A stretch of 63,529 nucleotides of DNA, filler included, from Octopus bimaculoides (lineage: Eukaryota), in NCBI RefSeq assembly GCF_001194135.2. It is 7 parts of 7 records of this genome, joined end to end, with 100 filler letters (N's around TTAATTAATTAA, not from the genome) between each part and the next. Parts side by side here need not be neighbours in the genome. Positions count along the whole stretch, not along the records: positions 49,484 to 54,361 come from NC_068988.1; positions 54,462 to 59,417 come from NC_068986.1; positions 59,518 to 63,529 come from NC_068982.1; 4 more parts are not named here. The stretch is one strand, 5' to 3'. The position numbers and the translations under genes are program-made. Numbering within the stretch: the first letter of the stretch is position 1; each line of letters starts with the position of its first letter. Below the pieces are notes generated by a model. That model was not told the origin of the DNA, ran no database searches, and saw only the letters and a list, made by a program, of their open reading frames with translations. Positions 50,230 to 63,529 of the stretch are shown here, piece after piece.

Positions 50230-50530
50230 ATCATTTCAGGGTCTAATAGATAAGATCCCGTCGAACACTCGGTGTCTATGTAATCGATCTAACCCCTACC
50301 CCGAAACTGCTGGCCTTGTGCCAAAATTTGAAACTAATATTAAGGGCGGTGAATTGTTAAAACCTTTAGAACGTCGTAATAACTGCTTTGCGGTATTTTT
50401 CCGATTCTTTTCGCTTTGAGATCAAATCCATTCAAGCTCCACTTTATCTTTCATCCTTTCAGATCCGGTGAAATAAAGGATCAATCAATTACTATGATCG
50501 ATATAATCGATATAACCTTTTCCCCATGTT
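50230..50530 (+). mobile_element. Two tandem degraded SINE-A copies
   Basis: Tail GCTGGCCTTGTGCCAAAATTTGAAACTAATATT (to 50341) is followed directly by the head AAGGGCGGTGAATTG. Confidence 0.7.
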
Positions 50531-53044
50531 TCTGTCTTTATACCTCTGTAAGAAATCATTGATAATGTTTATTCATCTAAACTCGTAACGTTTACAGAGA
50601 TCCTATTTTTAGTAATTTATTCCAAGATTACTTGATGCTAAAATCCTCATAAAGTAAAGGAAAAGATTCCCATGTTCACTCGCAATAATAGATTTGGAAA
50701 ATTCTGGCAGATCATGTGTATCGGAATATATGGAGATTACTTGGCACCGTGAACCCAAGAAATTTTCTCCCACATTACAGAACCGACTAGAGACACGGAA
50801 CAGCAATTTCACTCTATCGTATTGTGGCGATAGCCAAGACATGAAGCATTTGGCAAGGGGTGAGATTCCGTCAGAGACAGGGGGAAAAAAAAGAAGAGAC
50901 AAAATTGAGACTAGTGAGGTGATAGAGATCACTCATGAAGAAGCACCCGAAATAGAGTCACAAGCAAGATAGAGTTACTGATTTGATGCATGATAAGTAG
51001 AACATTGTACTGATTGAGGAATGGACGGAAGACACTTTTCCAAACAGCAGAATGGCAGGAATTTGCTGGAAACTACATCAAAATCACATCAACAACTGAA
51101 GTCGAATAGCCAAGAGAATGTGGATATTTCGTATATTAGTGAAAAGTTCGTGGGAAAATTTAGATATATTAATTTGCGGGCTGCGATCGTTGTGTTACTA
51201 GACCTACTCGTGAAGAACCCTGAATCCAGTCAGTTGGTGGTTTCTGACCCTTTGTAGGAGTTTATTTTGATGTGTGTCTTTTTCTGATGAATTTCTAGCC
51301 AGATATAATGTATTGTATTACGATTTACCCGGTCCCTGTTAATTATGCACATGGATATCTATTATCTCCACATGTTTTGTAGCTCATTTGTTTCACATTT
51401 TTGCAATATATGCATGGGACCTTGAGACCAATTAAGGAGATACTATTAGTACCGAGAACAAACTGTAAATAATTGGTATTTGGAATGGCGCTCACGCGTA
51501 GAAATCAGAACAAAAATTGGAAGTTGATGTTGTGCGAACAAATCTTGGTCCTCCAACACCACAAGAAAGCCAGCAACATCTAACGGGGAGATAAATTCGG
51601 ACAATGACGACACGACCAACATATATCTGCATGGGAAAGCGGTCGTAGCATGTTGATGATGATAAAAATGATGATGAAAGTGCTGATGATAGTGCTGATA
51701 ACAATGACGATGATGATGTTACAGCAAAGATGGTTTTGGGAGATTTACCTGCTGTTCTGGCTGGCTGATTGACCACTCAAAACAAAAGTTTAAGCTCGTT
51801 CGTAATCGTTCATCAAAAGAAGGAGAGGAGAAAAGGGTGGGGAGAAAGGCAGGAAGGACACGTGACGTGGTCATGCAGATCCATCCGCGTCTCCAGAAGA
51901 TAACATAGTTGCGGTTGAACTTTACTGACATCATCAGTGTATGTGCGCCTGTGTGTGTGAGTGTGCGTGTACATATATGTGTATGTGTAAGTGTGTCTCT
52001 GAGTGTGTTTGACAATGAAAGATGGAGAATTACACAGCTTTAATTAATATGTACAACATATAAAATGCCTCTACTTGTTTCTGTTATGCAAGCGTTTTGG
52101 GATACTTTGAGCGATGCTTCTACACACTAATTGGTTCATATTAAATCGACTATATTTTTATATAGATCCAAAGATGTACGGCAGCATTACATTTTCAAGG
52201 CATTCCCACTGAAGAGAATTTTACGTGAGATTCCTCGAAGCGAACTCCAATTTACTAATAGAACACGAGTACAACTACAATTGCATGCTCTTCATGTTTC
52301 GCAATGTTTCCTACTGGTCAATATAATTGATTTCGGGTAAGTTATCAGTCATCAATTCATCGCACGAGACTTCACCACCATCATTTCGCCACGAGGAAAG
52401 TACACTCCGAGGTAAGTTTACCGAGAAAATATATCTATTGTAGATCACCATTAATAGTTAAAAACTATTTTATTGAAAATAAATAAATAAATAAATAAAT
52501 AAATAAAAATAAAAATGAAAATAATGCAGATTAAAAAGTGAATTGACAACGGTCAACTTACTGGACACAGATATTATAATTAGCCAAGTTGGGATTAAAA
52601 CAAAGTATCCGCCTGNNNNNNNNNNNNNNNNNNNNNNNNNNNNNNNNNNNNNNNNNNNNNNNNNNNNNNNNNNNNNNNNNNNNNNNNNNNNNNNNNNNNN
52701 NNNNNNNNNNNNNNNNNNNNNNNNNNNNNNNNNNNNNNNNNNNNNNNNNNNNNNNNNNNNNNNNNNNNNNNNNNNNNNNNNNNNNNNNNNNNNNNNNNNN
52801 NNNNNNNNNNNNNNNNNNNNNNNNNNNNNNNNNNNNNNNNNNNNNNNNNNNNNNNNNNNNNNNNNNNNNNNNNNNNNNNNNNNNNNNNNNNNNNNNNNNN
52901 NNNNNNNNNNNNNNNNNNNNNNNNNNNNNNNNNNNNNNNNNNNNNNNNNNNNNNNNNNNNNNNNNNNNNNNNNNNNNNNNNNNNNNNNNNNNNNNNNNNN
53001 NNNNNNNNNNNNNNNNNNNNNNNNNNNNNNNNNNNNNNNNNNNG

Positions 53045-53266
53045 GCTGACCCTTTGAATTACAGGCACAACAGAAACAGGAAGTAAGAGTGAGAGAATGT
53101 GGTGGTGGAAGAGTACAGCAGGGTTCGCCACCACCCCCTGCCGGAGCCTCGTGGAGCTCTAGGTGTTTTCGCTCAATAAACACTCACAACGCCAGATCTG
53201 GGAATCAAAACCGCGATCCTATGACCGCGAGTCCGCTGCCCTAACCACTGGGCCATTGCGCCTCCA
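53045..53266 (-). mobile_element. SINE family C, 5' part (rest in gap)
   Basis: Reverse complement of 22702-22920; ends GCCCTAACCACTGGGCCATTGCGCCTCCA. Confidence 0.95.
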
Positions 53267-53619
53267 CATATATATATAATATATATATCTACAGTAAAGA
53301 CATATGTGCTGACGGTGCTGCTATTCTCCATCCTCGAATGCATAAGTCGACGTGTCATTAGGCGGGGAATCAGTTCTGTAGGTGTTTTAGCCCCTTCCAC
53401 ACATGCTGAAATATATATTTAAAAAAACAAAAACATTTATATCTAATGTTATTGCCAGTTCGAATATGCCATTCGTGCGTTCGGACTTGTACAGACTTGC
53501 TATTGGCATATTCGAAATGGTAATGCCATTGCATTTATACATATCAATGCTTAACACTCCCACTAATTAACTTAAACTTTTATAACATATACAAATATAT
53601 AGACAGGCTCACTTATGTA

Positions 53620-53633
53620 CTCACACACACACA

Positions 53634-53732
<99 letters not shown>

Positions 53733-53745
53733 ATACACACACATG
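53620..53745. repeat. Long (CA)n microsatellite
   Basis: Near-perfect run. Confidence 0.97.
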
Positions 53746-54317
53746 CACATATATATTATGTCATGACCCTCTCTTTGCTTGTAGCATATCTGTCAAAATG
53801 AGTGTGGAACAAGTTTTTCTTTTTCTTTTTTCTTTGCAAATCAAAGGTATCGATCGGTTTGATTGCCGTGTTTCTTTCCTTGAAACATTAAAAGTTTTTT
53901 GAAATGAAAAACAAAAACGAAAATTAATAACAACGACTACAACAAACACAAAAACAAAAAAGACAAGAAGAACAACAACAACAAAACAAATACAACAATT
54001 ACGACAATGGTAATGACGAAGATGATGATAAAATGGTAATGGTGACAACTGTTAGAATTGATTGGATAAAAAGTTCATTACCTGGGATTCGCCCACCGCA
54101 TCCATATTTAGGTAATCCGATTTGTGTTTGATAAAAGTAATAATCTCAATTGATATGGAAGATGAAAATATTTGAACTTACCTGCAAATGAAGAAAAACA
54201 AGAAATGAATATGTATATATATAAAGAAATATAGAAATAGTATACTCATTTACACACACACACACGACATCATACTAATCATATTATATATATATGCATG
54301 CATATATACATACATAG

Positions 54318-54350
<33 letters not shown>

Positions 54351-54579
54351 CATATACATATNNNNNNNNNNNNNNNNNNNNNNNNNNNNNNNNNNNNNNN
54401 NNNNNTTAATTAATTAANNNNNNNNNNNNNNNNNNNNNNNNNNNNNNNNNNNNNNNNNNNNTATATATATATATATATATATATATATCATGTATGCTTC
54501 TTCTTACACACACTTGTCTACACTTCACCGCACACACACATACACACGCGCACACGCAGACGCACGCACGCCCACACAA

Positions 54580-54634
<55 letters not shown>

Positions 54635-55007
54635 CACGTACGTGTATGCTTATATACGTCTGTATGTACAAGTTGCGCGCGTGTGTGTATAGAGATAGAT
54701 AGATAGATAGACTGACAGACAGACAGACAGACAGACTGACAGACAGACAGACAGACAGACAGATAGATAGATAGAGAGAGAGAGGGAGAGAGAGAGAGAG
54801 AGAGGGAGAATTGTGTGTACATATTTATGCAAAGATATATGTATAGATATATACTACAAAATGCATGTGTGCGTGTATGTGTGTTTGTGCGTGTATGTGT
54901 GTATGTGTGCGTGTATGTGTGTGTGTGTGTGTGTGTGTGCGTGGCTGTGTGCTTATGTGTATGTATGTAAGTATACATGCATATATATTTATATATATAT
55001 ATATATA

Positions 55008-55057
<50 letters not shown>

Positions 55058-55152
55058 GATAGGAATGTGCATGTGTGTATAAATCTATGTAAAAAACATA
55101 ATTGTTAGAAGAAGGAAACATGAAATTTCAGTATAAGACAGACAGATAGACA

Positions 55153-55199
<47 letters not shown>

Positions 55200-55940
55200 T
55201 CCAACGGTCTTAGAGACTGAAGAGCGTAAGAAAACAACGATTAATGATAGAAATAAAAACCAACAGAGGCATCATTAAATGTATGAAATATGATAAATTA
55301 TAGATGAAACGCCATATTGAAAGAGGAAGGAATTAGATAATTGGATTTTACGATGATATATAAATAGGAGAAAATCATTCTAAATACTGTAAGGCATTTA
55401 ATGTCATCGCAATCATTATGTTCTCGGTTCAAATCTGTACGATGTCTATTGTACCTTTTATCGTTCTAAGGGTCGATAAAGTTAGGTCACCAGTGAAGCC
55501 AAGGACGCAAGGTCGAATCAAACGACCTAATACGGCCTTCTTTCATTTTTTTTTTTTTTTTTTNNNNNNNNNNNNNNNNNNNNNNNNNNNNNNNNNNNNN
55601 NNNNNNNNNNNNNNNNNNNNNNNNNNNNNNNNNNNNNNNNNNNNNNNNNNNNNNNNNNNNNNNNNNNNNNNNNNNNNNNNNNNNNNNNNNNNNNNNNNNN
55701 NNNNNNNNNNNNNNNNNNNNNNNNNNNNNNNNNNNNNNNNNNNNNNNNNNNNNNNNNNNNNNNNNNNNNNNNNNNNNNNNNNNNNNNNNNNNNNNNNNNN
55801 NNNNNNNNNNNNNNNNNNNNNNNNNNNNNNNNNNNNNNNNNNNNNNNNNNNNNNNNNNNNNNNNNNNNNNNNNNNNNNNNNNNNNNNNNNNNNNNNNNNN
55901 NNNNNNNNNNNNNNNNNNNNNNNNNNTGTGTGTGTGTGTG

Positions 55941-56308
55941 TTGGCACTCCGTCGCTTACGACGTCGAGGGTTCCAGTTGATTCCGATCAACGGAACAGCC
56001 TGCTCGTGAAATTAACGTGCAAGTGGCTGAGCACTCCACAGACACGTATACCCTTAACGTAGTTCTCGGGGAATATTCAGCGTGACACATACTGTGACAA
56101 GGCTGACCTTGAAACAGGAAGAGAAACAGGAAGAGAGAAAGTTGTGGTGAAAGAGTACAGCAGAGTTCGCCACCATCCCCTGCCGGAGCCTCGTGGAGCT
56201 TTAGGTGTTTTCGCTCAATAAATACTCACAACGCCCGGTCTGGGAATCGAAACCGCGATCCTATGACCGCGAGTCTGCTGCCCTAACCACTGGGCCATTG
56301 CGCCTCCA
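55941..56308 (-). mobile_element. Near full-length SINE family C
   Basis: Reverse complement of 22702-23077 with a short internal deletion. Confidence 0.95.
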
Positions 56309-56985
56309 CGTACACGGACATAAAGAGCAGTAATAATTATGGACTTCCATTTTCTCTTGATGACTTAAAGACCCAGTCAAAACTAACTTTATAATAAATT
56401 CCATTCTAGTTTTAGTATTTAGAGGATGCATTGGCGGTTAAACGAAAGTTAAAATCCCAATGAAAACGAATTTGATAGCAAATTTATGACGAGTCTTAAG
56501 TATTTAATGGTTGAAAAAGCCATCAGGCGAAACTTGAAGTTAATCTTAAAATGAATTCTATCGCAAATTTTACTTCAGTTTCAGTATTAACTCGTTGAAT
56601 AAGCCGTCGGGTAAAACTTAAAAACCTGTCGAAAAGAATTTTATAACAAATTTTACGCTAGTGTTAGAATTTACTGGTTAAACAAGCTGTCCGGTGAAAC
56701 ATTAAGTCCGACTGAAAATAAATATTAGTATGAATTTCGCCCTATTTTCGGTATTGAGCACATCTATAAATATTCTATTGTTAGTCTCTAGGATCTCCTG
56801 CATCATCGCCACTATCCCCTCTCCCACATTCATTTTCTCTATTTCATGCCATCCAAAAACCATAGTGGAAAAGGAAAGGAATCAAGCTGGATGGTCATCA
56901 TGGAATGCGGCAAGAAAACTTGCAAAACAGAGAGATAAATGGAAAACGAGCGTAGAGGCTTTTTTATGTGCCAGCTGGCACGAAG

Positions 56986-56986
<1 letters not shown>

Positions 56987-57054
<68 letters not shown>

Positions 57055-57403
57055 TTCATGCCATATAAGACGCAGGTCTCTCTCTCTCCTTCTCTTTCGC
57101 TCTCTATCTATCTCTCTCTATATATCTCTCTCTCTCTCTCTCTTTTCTCAAAATCATATCTCAAAAATATCACTGGGCCCTTTACGAAGATGGACCTCCT
57201 ATAAGCTTTAATTCACTAAAAACTTTTTCCCTGAATATACTCTCCTGAGACTGAGGAGGGGTGCGTCTAATACCTCCATACGTCTTTTGTGCCATCAAAT
57301 ATGATACGTACTTAGAGCAAAGCTTAGTTATAGTTTGCTGACAACGGAGTTATCTACGGATTGCATTTTCAATCAGAATTTAGAATATGCTTCTCTCTCT
57401 CTC

Positions 57404-57479
<76 letters not shown>

Positions 57480-57834
57480 TCTCTTCTCTTCTTTATCTTC
57501 TCAGTGTCATGGTTCGGTGCTCCAGCATGGCATTAACTGCAACAATTTAGACTATAGAAGTGTCTATATCTGTCAAAATCTGTTGCTACCAAACTTTCTC
57601 TATTGAATATATATAGATACACATGTATGTATGCATGCGTCTTTCACGCATACGTGCGCACGCATACATTCATACACATAACTTTACATGACCAGACTAC
57701 ATTCGCATTAAAACGCAAACATAGTCCCTCATACGCACACACACACACACACACAGATTGTTTCATTCTATCTCACATCTCTTTTTTCTTTGTCTCTTTC
57801 TTTTTTTCTTTCTCCTTATCTCTCCCTCCTATTT

Positions 57835-57871
<37 letters not shown>

Positions 57872-57872
57872 T

Positions 57873-57903
<31 letters not shown>

Positions 57904-57908
57904 CTATC
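56987..57908. repeat. SSR cluster: (GATA)n 56987-57054, (CT)n 57392-57473, (TATC)n 57836-57908
   Basis: Direct inspection. Confidence 0.92.
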
Positions 57909-58231
57909 TCTCATTTTCCTTCACACTTTCGCCACCACCTCTTTCATCTCTGTCGTTGAATGTCTACATCCGACATCACGCGACTCAGTGCGCGCGAGCG
58001 TGCGCGTGAGTACGCGCGTGCGTTTGTGCATGTGTGCAAGTATGTCTACGTCTATGTTTATGTGTCTATGTGTATGTGAATGTGTGTATATGTTTGTACG
58101 TACGTGACGTGCACGCGAGTGTGAGTGTGAATTTCAGAGAGTACGTCTTACTGCGATTTACTGCGAGTAATTGCATGTATGTGTGTATCTATGTGTACGT
58201 ACATATGTATGTATGTATCTTTCTATCAACC

Positions 58232-58275
<44 letters not shown>

Positions 58276-58284
58276 CATGTATGC

Positions 58285-58318
<34 letters not shown>

Positions 58319-59383
58319 GTGTAAGTATGAATATGTGTGTATATATCTATGTATCTACTAATCTACGTACGAACGTATCTTTCTATTTACGTACCGATGT
58401 ATGTGTGTATCTATACGCCTATGTTTACGTATCTGCGGTTGTATATCTACAGTATATCTACGTGTATGTATCTACGTGTGCATATATCTCTCTATATATA
58501 TATAGGTCCGCGATCTCTAACCCTCATCACGAGCGGATTTCCCAGTTTCATCGATGTGTGAGAAGATGAATGAGAAGTAATCCGACTCTTCTAAAGTACG
58601 CTGCATTATCACAAGATCTAACATAAGGCTGCGCCGACGACATTACGTCTTGAACGTAAGAACCAACACCTGAGTTCAGTTAGTATCTTGTTTCAACAGC
58701 TGTTCCAACAGTTGTTGTCTTGTGTCTTTTTCTTTATATTTATTTGTTTATTTGTATATTTTATTCATTTCACTGATATTTTTGTTTTGTTTTTCGATGC
58801 TTCAAAGAATGATTCCAACCAAATATCAATCAGATGATTCGGTAACCTTGTTTGTTTCTATCTTCACATAACTAACTATTCAAAAACCTCTCTGCTACCA
58901 TCAAAGTATTACTGTGTGCCCTTTGGTAATTCTGTACATCGCCTCGTCTGTTTAAATAAACATAAGACTTTCTTATATACTCTTTCAGTTCTCTTTGTCT
59001 CATTCTCTCACTCCCCCCTCTCTCTCTCTCCCTCTCTCTATCTATCTAACTCTATATCTCTCTTTACGGATTGAGAGATAAGGCAGACAATGAAAGAAAT
59101 GCTGAATGAGGAAGGGGAAAAGTAAGAGAGAGAGAGAGAGAGAGACTAATGTTTTGAATATAGTCTTTGATAGTAATATCTATGAGTTTCTGATTCACTT
59201 CCTCTCACACATTCTTTCTCATCTTTTCTCTCGTTATCTTTAATTACTATTTACTCACACGCACAATTATATGCGTACACATATGCATACATACATACAT
59301 GCATACATCCATACATACATACATACACACAGATGTATATATGTGTATATATACAGATATATATAAATGTATATTTGCATATG

Positions 59384-59417
<34 letters not shown>

Positions 59418-61454
59418 NNNNNNNNNNNNNNNNNNNNNNNNNNNNNNNNNNNNNNNNNNNNTTAATTAATTAANNNNNNNNNNNNNNNNNNNNNNNNNNN
59501 NNNNNNNNNNNNNNNNNATAACCGTTACTGGGGAATACAACGAAAGACCATCACAGTTTGGGGAACTTGATTTTCATGCTACATGGTACGCTACATGGAT
59601 TGTATATATACGTGGGACACATGGGTTTGTATTGGAGATGGGTTGTTATGTTATAGATAGCTGTATGATATCGAATAGAGGGGTGTGACTAGGAAAGGGA
59701 TACACTGCGAGTTAACACGGTATCTCCTAACGACAATGTAAACTTTATGTAATCAAGGTATCCTTGGCATGACGAGTAGCTTGTGGTCTGCCCCTCGTTT
59801 GAACAATTACAACTTCTGAGGTTCCGCTAGCTATGAAACATATGTAGCCTAGATTTATTTTTACTCCATTCCTTAATTTTGGATGTTTATTCGCATATGA
59901 ATTGACTCCCGTTGCTAACCGTGAACTATCAAATAATCTTTTCTCAGCTTATCGTACTTCGATTCGTGAAAATTTCACAACCTTCTACGCCAATAAACCA
60001 CTATTGTTCCTGGAAGTTGTTTTTTATATCTTCTACGAACTGCTTGAAGCTCCTTAACTTCCTACACCTTGATCCTTGTATCTTACTTTTACACACACAA
60101 ACACAAATACAGAAGAAAACTGAGTTGTAGTGAATTCTTCGGTGTTCATTGAATTCTTGTTATCGCTGATGGATCCCTACATTGTGAAATCAACTTGAGG
60201 ACTAGAAATACGGAAATGGCGTCTAGGTCACTGGAGAAATGAATCTGATCTTTCCGCCAAGCTTTGTATATATCATACTTTTGTCATCATATTCCTTGTG
60301 TACTCATCTGACACATGAACCACATCGCACGATATCAACTTACTTGAATAACTTCATCAGAAATATCTTAGATATATATTAGGCAGCAGCTGGAAGCTTT
60401 TTCACACCTGAGATATGCTGGGAAATGTAAGCTGTTTCAGTATTGAAGCTCGCCTACAATTGTATGTATGTTTATGTACGTATGTATGAGTGCGTATCCA
60501 TCCATCCATCCATCCATACATACATACATATACACACACATAAATACACAGATGTATACACAAATATATACACACATGTATACATACATATATATACATG
60601 CATACATATATTTATATACAAACATATATATACACATATATAGATAAATAGGCACATACAGGGTTACGTGTGTGTATGTGTACCTGTATCTGTGTGTGTG
60701 CGTGTGAGTGAGAAAGAGTGAGAGACAGCGCTTCTTTTGGTGGTGCATGTTCTATACGTGTTTATATAATGACATGACTGATTCTCCTTTTTTTCCTATT
60801 TTGCAGAAATCACTATTTTTTTTATTTTGGAAAATATTTCTTGTATTATTTAGTCATAACTATTTCGTGTCACGATTCTGTAATTTTTGTTTCGGATATT
60901 TTAGGTTTCGTTGCATTTCATACTTTAGATGATAGCATTAGTTGAATTATACATGAAAATCGAATATGATTTGTTTGTCTACGGTTCTGATTACCCGTTG
61001 CAGGCAGACGCGGCACTAAATAAAGCGTTAAAAAAATTATTTTTGCTCTGCCCAAGTCAGACGATGAATGAGCAAAGTTATTATGAAGGGTATTTCAATC
61101 TTGATCATGCTTTCTTTTACGTTTATCTAGGATCATATTACATAAAAGTATGTGATCTGAGGGCAAGTTGCCTTACATTTCTATAGCTTTTTTCGTTCAC
61201 AATTATTGTCAAACAACTCACTCTAGTGGTATTTTCTCTTATAGATTTTTTTCAAACAAAATCTATGATAACTCCTCATTATAGCCTAAACACAGCTATA
61301 ACAATACATAGGGGGCAAAACGATATTGTCATAAATGTTCTAGATGTAAAACTAAAAGATCCAGTTTTTTCAAATGGTCAATAGTAAAATCTTATCGCAT
61401 TTACTACAAATGCTTCTAACATAGGTACAACCTAGTGATGAAGTTATTCAGTCG

Positions 61455-61608
61455 ATACTATCGACCCCAGTACTTGAATAGTACTTAATTCTGGACGAAT
61501 GGCAGGTAAATTTGACCTAGGTGTATTTTGAGCTCAGAACGAAACGAACAAGAAATTATACTTCAAGGAATTTTGTTTGACAATCTAATGATTCTGCCAA
61601 TCTGCCTC
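61455..61608 (-). mobile_element. Degraded SINE family A
   Basis: ATCGACCCCAGTAC..TTTTGAGCTCAGAACG..ATGATTCTGCCAATCTGCC. Confidence 0.65.
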
Positions 61609-61816
61609 GTTGTCTGCGTTTCTACTGATATAGTTCGCGATGGAGAATCTGTTCTCCTGTGCCGAATACAACATCGATTAGAATATATGCGTTCGAATCT
61701 GCCGGAACGTATTAAGAAGAAATATGCCTTTCGTTGATTCGAATCTCAATCTTCCCTGTACATAGAAAGATTTATTAATAATATGAACGTTGTAATTTTC
61801 TCATGTGAATTAGGAA

Positions 61817-61904
61817 ATCAAGGAGGTGCTCAAAGATCTTCCTAGGAACACAGAGCCAGGTTCCAGAGGCTGTGGCGGAAGCCGAGGGTGGTTACTTTGA
61901 GTAA
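61817..61904 (+). mobile_element. Tc1/mariner-superfamily transposase C-terminal relic
   Basis: IKEVLKDLPRNT..EAVAEAEGGYFE* resembles the R..AV..A.GG.FE* terminus. Confidence 0.55.
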
Positions 61905-62847
61905 GCCATTATCTCCCAGCCATAAATATTGACATTGTTTGATTTTTTAAATATTTTTTGTTTTTGGATGGGATATTGTGTTTTATTTTACCATTATGGA
62001 AACTGTTAAATTTAGCTCGATCACACTGTACTGCTTTTCGAAGTGTCCCATGTTTAAGAGCATGGATAAATTAGTAGAATAACAAAACTGGATATATTGT
62101 ATAGAAATCAAAATCTCCGCCTGAGTCCTAAACGTCTGTAATATTTATTTTCAAATTTCAATTGGTTTTTCACATAAACATAAAGTGAAATTAAAATTAC
62201 ATGCAACACGGACTATCGCATGAATATGAGATTAGCCCATAAAATCTTTAATTTCATCATTTCATTTTCCTAATATCAAAAATTAACTATGTAATAAAAT
62301 ATGAAAAAAAAAAACATTAGGCCATATTGTTTTAATAATAAATATATTCTAAAGAGATATGGAAACATTTATTAAAGCAAAAATATTAAGATATGTCAGA
62401 TCTGCTAAATTGGAATATCAAACAGGATGTAAATTTATGTGATTGAAAAACGCATCTTAATACAGTATGTTTGTTGTTTATGTGATTGACTGCAGAGAGC
62501 TTAGAGTTAATAAATCAGTCTGCTCGCAAATAGACTATAATGGACTCACGTTAATGGCCTTGTTTCGAAGTGCAGCACAAATTAACTTAATTCTGATACT
62601 GATAAAAACAATTTAAAGCAGAAAATGATGTCTGTCATTTTACAAATGTTTATTGAATAACGCGCAAAACATAATTCAGTTGATTAGATAACAGGTCTTA
62701 GACTGAACCTTCAAGGGCACTAAATCCATTCATCTTCCTGAGGTAAGTTAGCATATGTCATATTGATCAATTTCATATTCATAGCTCACTCTTCTACAAA
62801 TGCCTTCGATTATAACTATAGGCACTGGATAGTGTTTTACCAAATCC

Positions 62848-63130
62848 CATATGGCGTAGTGGTTAAGAGCGCGGGTTACTAACCCCAAGATTCCGAGTTC
62901 GATTCCAGGCAGTGACCTGAATAATATAATAATAATAATAATAATAACATCGAAAGCTACCTTGGGAATGAGAACCCACGTTCGAAATTTCCTCAAGACA
63001 CTTGATGAAGGGTGAAGGGTATATCAGCCGAAACGTTGTGTTAACAGCATACAAGATGAGGGCAAATATCCGTCAAATGTAAATAGTGTAAATTATGTAC
63101 ATAAATCCTCATTTCTTAAATACAGAACTG
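62848..63130 (+). mobile_element. Stand-alone tRNA-head + (AAT)n + hammerhead module (PLE-derived, SINE-like)
   Basis: Homologous to the reverse complement of 13319-13557. It starts at CATATGGCGTAGTGG, and upstream sequence is unrelated to the PLE ORF. Confidence 0.82.
62997..63042 (+). ncRNA. Minimal hammerhead motif, probably inactivated
   Basis: GACAC-UUGAUGA-A-GGGUGA(AGGGUAUA)UCAGCC-GAAAC-GUU-GUGUU: C3->U in the core and a G.G mismatch in stem II. Confidence 0.7.
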
Positions 63131-63273
63131 TAGGTACATTGATGTATGCACATTTTTTTTATTATTATACAGCATTACTGTCAGAGATACTAATACAATT
63201 TTGACACTTTGATTGAAGAAATGAAGTACATTGGAGATTGGTATAATTCAAGTTACCATTTAATATATTTGTA

Positions 63274-63480
63274 TACTCTTACTCTTTTACTCTTTTACTT
63301 GTTTCAGTCTTTTGACTGTGGCCATGCTGGAGCACCGCCTTTAGTCGAGCAAATCAACCCCAGGACTTATTCTTTGGAAGCCTAGTATTTATTCTATCGG
63401 TCACTTTTGCCGAACCGCTAAGTTACAGGGACGTAAACACACCAGCATTGATTGTCAAGCGATGTTGGGGGGACAAACAC
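63274..63480 (-). mobile_element. SINE family B, 3' half
   Basis: TACTCTTTTACTCTTTTACTTGTTTCAGTC..CCGAACCGCTAAGTTACAGGGACGTAAACACACCAGCA; runs into (CA)/(TA) at the window end. Confidence 0.93.
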
Positions 63481-63529
63481 ATACACACACGCACACACGC
63501 ACATATATATATATATATATATATATATA

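Noticed and set aside
50680-51260. Possible RTE-like LINE relic or coding region (ORFs 50609-51257)
   Set aside because: Only vague motif resemblance, several short frames and no diagnostic residues.
62702-62742. Possible exon TEPSRALNPFIFL before a GAG/gtaagt donor
   Set aside because: Poor pyrimidine tract and no recognisable peptide.
1-63529. CRISPR arrays, rRNA, snRNA, conserved miRNAs, telomeric repeats
   Set aside because: No repeat-spacer array or recognisable sequence seen by eye; the context is eukaryotic and repeat-rich.

Overview
AT-rich, microsatellite-saturated eukaryotic draft sequence with many N gaps. The repeat families and SSR density suggest an octopus/cephalopod genome (inference). 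No complete protein-coding gene is visible, and nearly all tracked ORFs are SSR or gap artefacts. Supported content: an intronless eL42/RPL36A processed pseudogene (4236-4557) with a 5' TOP-like start and a candidate target-site duplication (TSD); two phase-compatible micro-exons (24771-24818, 26902-26939) of an unidentified + strand gene; many copies of three tRNA-derived SINE families; R4/Dong-type LINE and mariner/Tc1 relics; and a 165-bp hairpin MITE. The most interesting signal is a repeated module: tRNA-like Pol III head, then an (AAT)n spacer, then a minimal type I hammerhead ribozyme. One copy (13319-13715, - strand) follows the C-terminus of a Penelope-like GIY-YIG ORF and has an intact catalytic core. 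A second copy (62848-63130, + strand) stands alone like a SINE with a mutated core, and fragments form a chimeric junction at 19663-19738. This suggests a Penelope-derived, ribozyme-carrying SINE-like system. Novelty and activity need database and biochemical checks.
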